A stretch of 64,000 nucleotides of DNA from a virus, in UHGV virus genome UHGV-0373904; one strand, given 5' to 3'. Below the pieces are notes generated by a model. The model was not told the origin of the DNA and made no database searches. It saw nothing but the letters and a program-made list of their open reading frames with translations. The position numbers and the translations under genes are program-made. Positions 19,661 to 27,567 of the stretch are shown in pieces (position 1 is the first letter of the stretch; every line of letters begins with the position of its first letter).

Positions 19661-20008
19661 ATGACATTTAAAGAGTTCTGTCAAGCTACTTTCATAATTG
19701 TTTTCTTAGTTGGTGCAGGTGTCTGGGGAGGATACTCTTACAGAGACTACCAAGTTGCTGAAACTGAGCTAAATAATGAGAAACTAATAAGTGTTGCCAA
19801 AGATGCTTATCAGGAAGGTTTAGCCACACTCAGCACCAATTACAAAAATGATTTGAAAGATGTGCTTGCTAAGAATAAGCACACAAAAGAGGTACTAACG
19901 TATGAAAAAACTAAGCCAGAGTTTTATAATGTTTGTGTTACTGATAACTATGTCAGGGTGTTCAACGAACAAAGTGAGCAGTACATTCAAAAACTCCCAA
20001 GTAAGTGA
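19661..20008 (+). CDS. N-terminally membrane-anchored protein (i-spanin-like candidate)
   Basis: RBS aggag; single N-terminal TM helix FIIVFLVGAGVWGG; 3' end overlapped by the lipoprotein gene in another frame. Confidence 0.35.
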   Translation: MTFKEFCQATFIIVFLVGAGVWGGYSYRDYQVAETELNNEKLISVAKDAYQEGLATLSTNYKNDLKDVLAKNKHTKEVLTYEKTKPEFYNVCVTDNYVRVFNEQSEQYIQKLPSK

Positions 20009-20171
20009 GGGTGATAAGTACACCCAAGAAGAATCACGGTATATCATCAAAGGCAACACAGGCAGCGATGTAGCAGCAGCCCTTGAGTTCTATCGTGACG
20101 GCTTTTACCAGTGCACAATCAAAGCTAACAACCTTATTGACATGATTTTATTAGGGAATAAGCAGCAATGA
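19902..20171 (+). CDS. lipoprotein (o-spanin-like or exclusion lipoprotein candidate)
   Basis: signal peptide with lipobox LITMSG-C; RBS agagg; begins inside the upstream ORF in a different frame. Confidence 0.45.
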   Translation: MKKLSQSFIMFVLLITMSGCSTNKVSSTFKNSQVSEGDKYTQEESRYIIKGNTGSDVAAALEFYRDGFYQCTIKANNLIDMILLGNKQQ

Positions 20172-20437
20172 CAGAGAATCAAGATACTTTTTACGTAGAA
20201 GGGTACTTACTGTTACCACGACCAAAAGAGACTTATATGCGAATTGATTTCTCACCAACCATTATGGATAATGTGATGTGCCATATCTTTATGCAAGGTG
20301 TCACAGCACAGCTTAAACATGTTGGTAAAGAGTGCAAAATAAAGGTTGACACTCATCCAGAAATCAAAGAGAATCACTACACATGGTTCTTACCAGATTC
20401 TAAAGAAATCTTAGCAGTTCTTAAAACGAGGAAGTAA
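20168..20437 (+). CDS. hypothetical protein
   Basis: ORF track; ATGA overlap. Confidence 0.4.
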   Translation: MTENQDTFYVEGYLLLPRPKETYMRIDFSPTIMDNVMCHIFMQGVTAQLKHVGKECKIKVDTHPEIKENHYTWFLPDSKEILAVLKTRK

Positions 20438-20439
20438 CT

Positions 20440-20766
20440 ATGCAGATTAATGGAAGAGACTTTGTAGCCGTTTACTATGAGAAAGGTAAAGAAGTTGGCG
20501 TAGCACAAGTATCTTATGGCAATGGTAAGTGGCTATATGGAACAATCGCAGTAGTAGGAACAAGGAGTGATACAAAAACCTTTAAAGATTGTGTTGACCT
20601 TCTTGAAGAATCCATCCAGAATCATTGGTGTCTGATATGGATGACTGATAACGAAGTGATAGAACGCTTCAAAAAGATTGATATCAACATTGATAGTATT
20701 GAGCATGTTGATTTATATGAGCTAACTGAGAAGGTAAATTATGAGAGTAATTCTAGCCAGAGATAA
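20440..20766 (+). CDS. hypothetical protein
   Basis: ORF track. Confidence 0.4.
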   Translation: MQINGRDFVAVYYEKGKEVGVAQVSYGNGKWLYGTIAVVGTRSDTKTFKDCVDLLEESIQNHWCLIWMTDNEVIERFKKIDINIDSIEHVDLYELTEKVNYESNSSQR

Positions 20767-20968
20767 AAAGACACGGAAACTCATCCGGTCAGCAGTATTC
20801 ATTGGAAGAAATGAAGTCATCCCGTTTACAGCAAACGATGTGATAGCCTACAGGAAAAACTTAGTATTTAGTGATTGCTTGCGTGGCTTCATCTCCCAAC
20901 CATTGGAAGACTTTAAAAGCCGTTGTGGTAAAGGTATCATCATTCAAGAGGTAATTATCAATGGCTGA
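20741..20968 (+). CDS. hypothetical protein
   Basis: ORF track; overlaps neighbours, start uncertain. Confidence 0.3.
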   Translation: MRVILARDKKTRKLIRSAVFIGRNEVIPFTANDVIAYRKNLVFSDCLRGFISQPLEDFKSRCGKGIIIQEVIING

Positions 20969-21161
20969 CTTCTGCAAAGACTGTTCTATAGAAATGTTTG
21001 GACGTGATACAGGTGACTTAAAAGGTCTTATCACTGAAGATGACTTTAAAGCTGGTTATGCAATGCCAGTAATCTGTGAAGGTTGTGGATGTATCTGGGT
21101 AGACCATGAGGGGCAACGTGTAAAACCTTCAGAAGATAAAGAATCTTGGGAGAGATGTTAA
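20961..21161 (+). CDS. small zinc-ribbon protein
   Basis: 66 aa with CKDC ... CEGCGC cysteine pairs. Confidence 0.35.
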   Translation: MADFCKDCSIEMFGRDTGDLKGLITEDDFKAGYAMPVICEGCGCIWVDHEGQRVKPSEDKESWERC

Positions 21162-21947
21162 ATGGGTATTGTAAAAATAATCAATGGTGATATCTTTGCC
21201 GCATTTGATAAAGGTAAGTTTGACATCATCGGTCACGGTTGCAACTGTATGAATTTAATGGGTGCAGGTATCGCTGACAAGATTTCTAAACTTTACCCAA
21301 AAGCATATGAGACCGATACAGAAGTTTATCTATATGCAGGTGGTATAGGACACAAACCCTGTGAAAATTTACTGGGTAATTTCTCTGTAGCACGTTTAAA
21401 ACAAGGTCGTATAGCTAACCTTTACACTCAGCTTAAGACTGGTAAAGATGCCCGATACAGTGCTTTAGAGTCATCTTTGAAACAGCTTAACAGATACTGT
21501 GAAGTCAATCAGTTGAAGAAAGTCGGGTTACCTATGATTGGTGCAGGTATCGGTGGGCTAGACCCTCAAGCCGTCACAGTTATCATTAATCAGGTGATGA
21601 AGAGTGTAGATGTTTATCTATATGTCTATGAAGGAGAGATGTACCACAAGTTACGCTCAGGTTGGAAGAACTACTGTGAACCAGAATACTTTGCAGGTGT
21701 AGTTGTGTTCACGGATAATGCAGTTACCCTCTTCAGACGAAGAAAAGGTAAGATACATCAAAGTAACCCTCCGGTTGAAAAGATGTCTCTAAGTAACGCT
21801 CTAGTTACCCACCTGTCAAAGAGCAATCACAGAATTGCTGTAACATTTGGTAGTGATGCAGAAGCTTATATCTATGCAAGAACTGATGAGGATATCGAGG
21901 CAATCTTCTCTTCACCAGAAGTTACCTTCTTAGACGCAAAGAACTAA
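21162..21947 (+). CDS. macro-domain (ADP-ribose binding/processing) protein
   Basis: GDIF..DIIGHGCNCMNLMGAGIA and LPMIGAGIGG resemble macro-domain signature segments. Confidence 0.5.
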   Translation: MGIVKIINGDIFAAFDKGKFDIIGHGCNCMNLMGAGIADKISKLYPKAYETDTEVYLYAGGIGHKPCENLLGNFSVARLKQGRIANLYTQLKTGKDARYSALESSLKQLNRYCEVNQLKKVGLPMIGAGIGGLDPQAVTVIINQVMKSVDVYLYVYEGEMYHKLRSGWKNYCEPEYFAGVVVFTDNAVTLFRRRKGKIHQSNPPVEKMSLSNALVTHLSKSNHRIAVTFGSDAEAYIYARTDEDIEAIFSSPEVTFLDAKN

Positions 21948-22016
21948 GAAACTCTGTAGGATATTCACAATAGCCTAAGCCTTTCTTATCTGGTAAATTT
22001 TTCAGGTAAGGAGGGC

Positions 22017-22200
22017 TTTTTCATTTCAGAATTGTGCAGGTAGAGTTCTGTAGAGAAATCTGTAGAGAGAATTTTGAACTCCAAAGAGAAAATTCATTTT
22101 CAAACTGTGCAGGTAATCTCCAAAGAGCTTTTTCATTTTCAAAACGTGCAGACTCCGCTCAGGTCGGGCAAGAAAAATCATTTTAGAATTGTGCAGGTAG
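22017..22200 (+). repeat. four direct repeats of a ~22-nt motif TCATTTYMRAAYTGTGCAGGTA
   Basis: copies at ~22017-22042, 22091-22116, 22129-22153 and 22175-22200, followed by a C-rich tract CTCCCCCTCTTACTCCCCCTCTCCCC. Confidence 0.7.
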
Positions 22201-22375
22201 GTTTTTATAGACAGCCAGCCCAACACCTCTCCCCCTCTTACTCCCCCTCTCCCCAAAAGTCAATAGAAAAATTTGTAGCGGATTGAAAAATAATTCTTGA
22301 TTTGCGTTCTGTTTTGTGGTAGTCGTGCGCACCCGTTTCATTACAGTTTTGCCAAAAATATTTTTAAAATTTTTA

Positions 22376-22404
22376 TTGACTCTTTGAACGTGGTTATCTA
22401 ATAT
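22376..22404 (+). promoter_or_regulatory. sigma70-like promoter candidate for the small-gene array
   Basis: -35 TTGACT, 17-nt spacer, -10 TAATAT; followed by leader hairpin and first array gene. Confidence 0.45.
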
Positions 22405-22414
22405 TTACATCAAC

Positions 22415-22435
22415 GGGGAGGGAATGACCTTCCCC
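22415..22435 (+). promoter_or_regulatory. 5' leader hairpin, class A (copy 1)
   Basis: GGGGAGGGAATGACCTTCCCC then conserved ACTAAATAAA..CTAAACTGGAGATTCAAAAATG. Confidence 0.6.
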
Positions 22436-22467
22436 ACTAAATAAAATCCTAAACTGGAGATTCAAAA

Positions 22468-22656
22468 ATGGCATCAAGAAAAATTAAAGTTGGCGATGAG
22501 GTTAACATTAAGCACGAATACTCTTACAAAATGCTAACTATACGCTCTTATAAGGTTTATCAGGTGGAAGCTATCCACAAGGATAATACTTTTTCCTTAA
22601 AAGGGTATAGCGAACGTTTCCCTGCTGAACTCTTTGAGAAATGGAGCGCGAAATAA
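22468..22656 (+). CDS. hypothetical small protein (array gene 1)
   Basis: ATG 8 nt after conserved GGAGA RBS of the standard leader. Confidence 0.5.
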   Translation: MASRKIKVGDEVNIKHEYSYKMLTIRSYKVYQVEAIHKDNTFSLKGYSERFPAELFEKWSAK

Positions 22657-22862
22657 TGCTTTACAGTCGTGAATTGATGGTTACAACTAACGTTAACACA
22701 AAGGTAAAACGTTTTTACATGCAAATTTGTGGCGTATGGTCCAGAATATCAGAAGCCGACTATTGCAACTATGTAGAAACGGCTATTAATTCTAATTGCT
22801 ACCTTACAAGAAACACTAAGAAATTTACAAGGCAGACAGCGATTTACTACTACGACAAATAA
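22656..22862 (+). CDS. hypothetical small protein (array gene 2)
   Basis: start chosen at ATG overlapping upstream stop (TAATG); track ORF begins at 22641. Confidence 0.4.
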   Translation: MLYSRELMVTTNVNTKVKRFYMQICGVWSRISEADYCNYVETAINSNCYLTRNTKKFTRQTAIYYYDK

Positions 22863-22873
22863 AGTACTTTACA

Positions 22874-22903
22874 GGGGGCTTAAAAGCTGATATCTTAAGC
22901 CCC
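22874..22903 (+). promoter_or_regulatory. intercistronic hairpin, class B (copy 1)
   Basis: GGGGCTTAA-loop-TTAAGCCCC (9-bp stem) followed by conserved AGATAAAGAGCTTTAC..CTAAACTAGGAGATTCAAAAATG. Confidence 0.6.
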
Positions 22904-22950
22904 AGATAAAGAGCTTTACTAAATTAACCCTTAAACTAGGAGATTCAAAA

Positions 22951-23334
22951 ATGGCTTATCGTGCACCGAAATTCATCAACAAAGACAACTTTCGCAACGC
23001 ACTGGAGAAGTCACTTGATGAAAATTTTAAAGGTAACATTATCATTGTTCACGCATTCAATTTTAAGTATGATGTAAACGGGAATAGAATCAACCATTAC
23101 ACGGCAACCATGTTAGATGGTACTCTTTCAAGTGAAAAAGCCATTTTACATGCACTTGCTGGACGTGGTAAAAACCTGATAAAATGTGATAAGAGACGTT
23201 ATCAGGGTGGCGCATATGGTTATGATGATGCTGTTTATCATCTTGAAAATATGGGCTATAAAGTAGAAAAAGCTGGAGTGTCTCAAATAATCGGTAGTGA
23301 TGGTTATGTAACTACCTTCAAAATTAACAAATAA
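22951..23334 (+). CDS. hypothetical protein (array gene 3)
   Basis: ATG after standard leader; C-terminus KINK inside the repeated module. Confidence 0.5.
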   Translation: MAYRAPKFINKDNFRNALEKSLDENFKGNIIIVHAFNFKYDVNGNRINHYTATMLDGTLSSEKAILHALAGRGKNLIKCDKRRYQGGAYGYDDAVYHLENMGYKVEKAGVSQIIGSDGYVTTFKINK

Positions 23335-23356
23335 AGTACTTTACAAGGGGCTTATA

Positions 23357-23385
23357 GTTCGATAAAGTAAGCCCCAGATAAAGAG
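23357..23385 (+). promoter_or_regulatory. intercistronic hairpin, class B (copy 2)
   Basis: GGGGCTTATAGTTCGATAAAGTAAGCCCC; part of a ~95-bp near-identical direct repeat (23321-23420 vs 23701-23800). Confidence 0.6.
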
Positions 23386-23420
23386 CTTTACCACTAAATC
23401 CTAAATTGGAGAACTTAAAA

Positions 23421-23714
23421 ATGGCTATTATCAAAAACGTTGTAATTACCGCAAAGACTCGTGATGACGCTCGTATCATGGCTAAAAAGTTATGCGGGAA
23501 AGTGGTTGACAACGGAAAACAATCTGCTGTAAGGTGGGGCGTGAAGGTTGATAAACAGTTGAAGTTAAAAAATTCACCGATAAACCTTTTTACATGTGTA
23601 AACACTATCGGGAAGACAACTGTATACACGAAAAAGGCATACATTAGACGCGTAGCATTAACATCCCCCATTCGTACAATGAGAAGTTATGCAAAGCTGA
23701 AAATTAACAAATAA
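23421..23714 (+). CDS. hypothetical basic protein (array gene 4)
   Basis: track start 23406 is TTG inside the repeat; ATG 23421 follows the conserved RBS. Confidence 0.45.
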   Translation: MAIIKNVVITAKTRDDARIMAKKLCGKVVDNGKQSAVRWGVKVDKQLKLKNSPINLFTCVNTIGKTTVYTKKAYIRRVALTSPIRTMRSYAKLKINK

Positions 23715-23726
23715 AGTACTTTACAA

Positions 23727-23755
23727 GGGGCTTATAGTTCGATAAAGTAAGCCCC
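23727..23755 (+). promoter_or_regulatory. intercistronic hairpin, class B (copy 3)
   Basis: identical to copy 2. Confidence 0.6.
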
Positions 23756-23801
23756 AGATAAAGAGCTTTACCACTAAATCCTTAAACTAGGAGATTCAAA
23801 A

Positions 23802-24314
23802 ATGAAAACTGTAGACGCTACCTTTGAAGTTGTAAAAGAAAAATTTTCCATCATTTACGAAGCTGTTAATTGCTACGAAGCAAGCCATAATCTTGATAAT
23901 TGGAAGTTTACAGATGACCATCAAGGCGGCGTGACTGTTAAAAATCCTAACTGTCAGCGTAATGAATTTAAATATGCAATCCCTTTACATTACAGCCTTA
24001 AACAGCTTTCAAGTGACTATGCAAAACAAGGCCGTGAGAATCCATCGAAAGAGGCTTACACAAGCTTACAGAAAGAATTAGAAAGAGATTTAGAGGCTTC
24101 AGAATACAACCTTGCCGCGAAAGTTGTCGATGCAAATGGTCAAACAATTTTAGACAGTTTTTATATTGGTTACGCTTTCGATTGGTGCTATAGTGACGGC
24201 GATGATTTAGATGACAGACTAAAAGAAGAAGTGAACAACTCAGACGCAGAATCTGAAGTATTAGAACGTTTGGAATCATTAAAAGACTCAGTGATGAATA
24301 TCTTTAAGAACTAA
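23802..24314 (+). CDS. hypothetical acidic protein (array gene 5)
   Basis: 170 aa, strongly Asp/Glu-rich. Confidence 0.5.
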   Translation: MKTVDATFEVVKEKFSIIYEAVNCYEASHNLDNWKFTDDHQGGVTVKNPNCQRNEFKYAIPLHYSLKQLSSDYAKQGRENPSKEAYTSLQKELERDLEASEYNLAAKVVDANGQTILDSFYIGYAFDWCYSDGDDLDDRLKEEVNNSDAESEVLERLESLKDSVMNIFKN

Positions 24315-24330
24315 ATAGACCTCTTTACAC

Positions 24331-24358
24331 GGGGCTAACAAGCTGATATGATAGCCCC
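24331..24358 (+). promoter_or_regulatory. intercistronic hairpin, class B (copy 4)
   Basis: GGGGCTAACAAGCTGATATGATAGCCCC. Confidence 0.55.
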
Positions 24359-24404
24359 AGATAAAGAGCTTTATCAAATTAACCCCTAAACTGGAGATTC
24401 TAAA

Positions 24405-24701
24405 ATGAAATTATCGAATAAAGTTCGTGAAAATCTAAGCAAGTTACTCAACAAAATTGATTTTATCGAGACATCAAGAAATAGTCATGATGTTATGGAA
24501 TGGTTACACGGCAAAATAAAAGGCCGTCGTGTAGTGATTTGCTTATGGAATAGTTGCAGGGAATATAAAAAACCTGTATTGCAAGTTAATATTTATGATG
24601 ATACTTTTAAAAGTCCTGTAAAGTCTAAAAGCGATTTATTAGAATCCTATGAGATAACTGTAAATGGCAAAGTATCACGTAAAGAGGAAACACCATGTTA
24701 A
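24405..24701 (+). CDS. hypothetical protein (array gene 6)
   Basis: ATG after standard leader. Confidence 0.5.
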   Translation: MKLSNKVRENLSKLLNKIDFIETSRNSHDVMEWLHGKIKGRRVVICLWNSCREYKKPVLQVNIYDDTFKSPVKSKSDLLESYEITVNGKVSRKEETPC

Positions 24702-25027
24702 TGACTGGTATCACTGCAATCATTGCCATTTTCGCGCTATATAAGGCATATAAAGCCTATAATCTAGCAAATAAGGCAATCACACAGCAGGTCAGCAATA
24801 ACCTTGTAATGAGCTTTCTAGAGCGTTTAAGTGATGAACAATTAAAACGGTTAGAAATGAGCTTCAGATTCAGGGCAAGAACTTACCAAATCAGTGACAT
24901 TTTCAAAGATGATTTTCAATTAGTCGATGATTATAATTCTCTGATAAATGCTTTAAATATTAGTGACTTAAAAGATTATCACGCTGTAATTGTTCAAGAA
25001 TTGAGCAAACGAAAACAAAACTGTTGA
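24695..25027 (+). CDS. hypothetical protein with N-terminal TM helix (array gene 7)
   Basis: start overlaps upstream stop; hydrophobic ITAIIAIFALY. Confidence 0.45.
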   Translation: MLMTGITAIIAIFALYKAYKAYNLANKAITQQVSNNLVMSFLERLSDEQLKRLEMSFRFRARTYQISDIFKDDFQLVDDYNSLINALNISDLKDYHAVIVQELSKRKQNC

Positions 25028-25052
25028 CACTGATTTTTAGATAGATTAAATT
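25024..25052 (+). promoter_or_regulatory. sigma70-like promoter candidate
   Basis: -35 TTGACA, 17-nt spacer, -10 TAAATT; the same promoter-leader unit recurs at 25896. Confidence 0.45.
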
Positions 25053-25062
25053 ACACATCAAC

Positions 25063-25083
25063 GGGGAGGGAATGACCTCCCCC
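25063..25083 (+). promoter_or_regulatory. 5' leader hairpin, class A (copy 2)
   Basis: GGGGAGGGAATGACCTCCCCC. Confidence 0.6.
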
Positions 25084-25117
25084 ACTAAGTAAAGTCCTTA
25101 AACTAGGAGATTCTAAA

Positions 25118-25390
25118 ATGTATACTACTAACAACGGTCGTACTTTGAACGTAACACTGCGTCACTATGTGAATGGTGTAATGTGCTTTGATGATTTACA
25201 AGCTGAGCAACATATCTTAAATTGGCAAGTTGCAGGACTCCAAAAAACTGCTACAGGATACGGGAAAAAGATTCCAACTAGCTGGAAAGTACACTATGAA
25301 GGCCGTTTGCGCAGAATTTATCAAGATGTATGTAGTAATAGCGCATCAAGTTACATCATAGTAAAAGGTAAAAAACTGCATTTAGTATAA
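25118..25390 (+). CDS. hypothetical protein (array gene 8)
   Basis: ATG after standard leader. Confidence 0.5.
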   Translation: MYTTNNGRTLNVTLRHYVNGVMCFDDLQAEQHILNWQVAGLQKTATGYGKKIPTSWKVHYEGRLRRIYQDVCSNSASSYIIVKGKKLHLV

Positions 25391-25402
25391 AGTACTTTAC
25401 AA

Positions 25403-25431
25403 GGGGCTTATAGTTCGATAAAGTAAGCCCC
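25403..25431 (+). promoter_or_regulatory. intercistronic hairpin, class B (copy 5)
   Basis: GGGGCTTATAGTTCGATAAAGTAAGCCCC. Confidence 0.6.
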
Positions 25432-25476
25432 AGATAAAGAGCTTTACCACTAAATCCTAAATTGGAGAACTTAAAA

Positions 25477-25881
25477 ATGGCTATTAATAATCGTGAATTA
25501 TCAATCTTAAAAGCACGTTTGACCGTTAACCGGATTAATGTCATCACGTCATCAGCACCAGATGAAACACTGCAAAACATTATTGGAAAGATTCAAAGTG
25601 TTATCTTAGACGTTGAAAGTGTAAAAAACTCATTGGCTGACGTTGCAGCAGGTATCACGCTAGACGGTGCACAACATGAGATGTCCGACATGTTAGGCAA
25701 ATCAAAGGTAATGAATAAAGAATTAGACTTGAAGATGTTTAGATTTGCTGTTAAAGTGTGGCTATCCGTCGAGTATGACGCCAATTTTGCAATTGCTGAT
25801 TTCTTTGCCACTTGGTTACAACGTAATTTGACAAATCATGATTTTCGTGATATCTGTGATGCAATTTATGCAGAACTCTAA
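25477..25881 (+). CDS. hypothetical protein (array gene 9)
   Basis: track start 25462 is TTG in the repeat; ATG 25477 follows RBS; stop runs into a 13-nt A tract. Confidence 0.45.
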   Translation: MAINNRELSILKARLTVNRINVITSSAPDETLQNIIGKIQSVILDVESVKNSLADVAAGITLDGAQHEMSDMLGKSKVMNKELDLKMFRFAVKVWLSVEYDANFAIADFFATWLQRNLTNHDFRDICDAIYAEL

Positions 25882-25895
25882 AAAAAAAAAAACTG

Positions 25896-25924
25896 TTGAC
25901 ACTGATTTTTAGATAGATTAAATT
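25896..25924 (+). promoter_or_regulatory. sigma70-like promoter candidate
   Basis: TTGACACTGATTTTTAGATAGATTAAATT, near-identical to the unit at 25024. Confidence 0.45.
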
Positions 25925-25934
25925 ACACATCAAC

Positions 25935-25952
25935 GGGAGGCAATAACCTCCC
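25935..25952 (+). promoter_or_regulatory. 5' leader hairpin, class A (copy 3, variant)
   Basis: GGGAGGCAATAACCTCCC. Confidence 0.55.
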
Positions 25953-25987
25953 TACTAAGTAAAGTCCTTAAACTAGGAGATTCTAAA

Positions 25988-26185
25988 ATGGCTATTATTA
26001 ACGGCTTAACCATTGAAACAACACATATCAAAGACATCAAAGTTGGTGATGTAGTCCTTTCCCACGGCGTAGAGAAAACTGTCACTGCAAAGGATATCAA
26101 AGAGGATTCTTTCATGGGTAGGACTCTCTTCGGTGATTCTTATTGCTTAGGTTATCTTGCAGTTTTAAAAGTTGTCAAAAATTAA
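25988..26185 (+). CDS. hypothetical small protein (array gene 10)
   Basis: ATG after standard leader. Confidence 0.5.
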   Translation: MAIINGLTIETTHIKDIKVGDVVLSHGVEKTVTAKDIKEDSFMGRTLFGDSYCLGYLAVLKVVKN

Positions 26186-26203
26186 ATAAAAAGTACTTTA
26201 CAA

Positions 26204-26232
26204 GGGGCTTATAAGTCTGTACAGTAAGCCCC
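26204..26232 (+). promoter_or_regulatory. intercistronic hairpin, class B (copy 6)
   Basis: GGGGCTTATAAGTCTGTACAGTAAGCCCC. Confidence 0.55.
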
Positions 26233-26275
26233 AGATAAAGAGCTTTACACAATCCTTAAACTAGGAGATTAAAAA

Positions 26276-26527
26276 ATGATGAACTATCTCAATATCCCTG
26301 ATACCTGCCGACTGTTGACACGAGAAGAAAACTTGGGTAAACCTTTTCTTTACCACATGCCAGACAACACACCAAAAACTTATAGTTACAATGTCAACCG
26401 TTTTACCGCATACGCTGCAAAGAACGGTTATAAGTTGGTCACTCAAAAAGTAATGCTGGTTACAATCGCTGACGAGATTCCTACGGTTGCAGTTAAACTA
26501 ATTTTCTCAAAAAAAAAAAAAAGTTAA
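26276..26527 (+). CDS. hypothetical protein ending in poly-Lys (array gene 11)
   Basis: 3' end contains a 14-nt A tract encoding KKKK. Confidence 0.45.
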   Translation: MMNYLNIPDTCRLLTREENLGKPFLYHMPDNTPKTYSYNVNRFTAYAAKNGYKLVTQKVMLVTIADEIPTVAVKLIFSKKKKS

Positions 26528-26543
26528 ATAAAGTACTTTACAA

Positions 26544-26572
26544 GGGGCTTATAGTTCGATAAAGTAAGCCCC
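26544..26572 (+). promoter_or_regulatory. intercistronic hairpin, class B (copy 7)
   Basis: GGGGCTTATAGTTCGATAAAGTAAGCCCC. Confidence 0.6.
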
Positions 26573-26616
26573 AGATAAAGAGCTTTACCACTAAATCCTA
26601 AACTGGAGATTCAAAA

Positions 26617-27180
26617 ATGAAATGCTATCACGGAACTACCCTCAAAAACTTTGTAAACCTGCTGAATGGTGGCGACAAGCCGGAAGGAATCTGGAACTGC
26701 TCATACATGGATGATTGTTTCTACGTTTACCCAATGAACAAGATTATCAAAACGGAATGTCTGGAAGATGAGGAAGATTCTTACATTCGTGAACGCTGCA
26801 TTCAAAACGCTTTAGAATCTGGGCTTATTACGGCAGCTTTCCAAATGGAAACGCAGGACGTAATTGTCATTGAGATGGATATCCCAGAGGAAGAGCTAGA
26901 GGATGATTATTCTTGTGACAACATGAGCGATATCGCCAGCTTTACCGGACACTTTGATAAAGGTTGGGTTATTGGCCTTCACTCGACGAAATTTAGTGCG
27001 ATGTATGCACCTTTCTTTGTACCAGATGCAACTAACCGCAATTTAGGTTATGTTGACGATGATTTGTTAAGTATGGCGAAAATTGTACAGAATAGCGGTG
27101 ATAGTTCCGTGTTTTGTGACCTGCTGGATAAAATTACCAATAATCTCACAGAGCGCAATTTAAAAGACTTTTTAGGTTAA
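26617..27180 (+). CDS. hypothetical acidic protein (array gene 12)
   Basis: 187 aa, Asp/Glu-rich with several Cys. Confidence 0.5.
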   Translation: MKCYHGTTLKNFVNLLNGGDKPEGIWNCSYMDDCFYVYPMNKIIKTECLEDEEDSYIRERCIQNALESGLITAAFQMETQDVIVIEMDIPEEELEDDYSCDNMSDIASFTGHFDKGWVIGLHSTKFSAMYAPFFVPDATNRNLGYVDDDLLSMAKIVQNSGDSSVFCDLLDKITNNLTERNLKDFLG

Positions 27181-27243
27181 TCAGTACAAAGACACCAACT
27201 TCCAACTTAAGGCCCATACAGGGCCATTTAAAGGGCTTAAATC

Positions 27244-27486
27244 ATGCTTACAACCGTTTATCTTATCCTTTCTATTTGTAATGGTCATTCATGTGATTTT
27301 AAAGGGCTTGAGGAGTTTACAGGGAGTAAAGAAAATGCTATTCAAGTTTGCCAGATAGCAAGACAAGACTATCCCGCCAGTGATGATATTCAATGCTACT
27401 TTAAGACAGAAGATGAAGACGGCGTCTATTTTGACAGTGTCGATGGTCAATATGAAATTATCATTGAAAAGACTAGACAAGCCTGA
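27244..27486 (+). CDS. hypothetical small protein (array gene 13)
   Basis: preceded by hairpin GGCCCATACAGGGCC. Confidence 0.45.
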   Translation: MLTTVYLILSICNGHSCDFKGLEEFTGSKENAIQVCQIARQDYPASDDIQCYFKTEDEDGVYFDSVDGQYEIIIEKTRQA

Positions 27487-27512
27487 TAAAAGTCTGTAAA
27501 TTGTCAATCAAC

Positions 27513-27533
27513 GGGGAGGGAATGACCTTCCCC
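27513..27533 (+). promoter_or_regulatory. 5' leader hairpin, class A (copy 4)
   Basis: GGGGAGGGAATGACCTTCCCC. Confidence 0.6.
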
Positions 27534-27567
27534 ACTAAATAAAGTCCTTAAACTAGGAGATTCTAAA

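Noticed and set aside
22026-22286. ORF-track predictions 22026-22256 (-) and 22074-22286 (+) as genes
   Set aside because: They lie entirely within the direct-repeat/C-rich non-coding stretch, overlap each other on opposite strands, have no RBS and low-complexity translations; treated as repeat artefacts.
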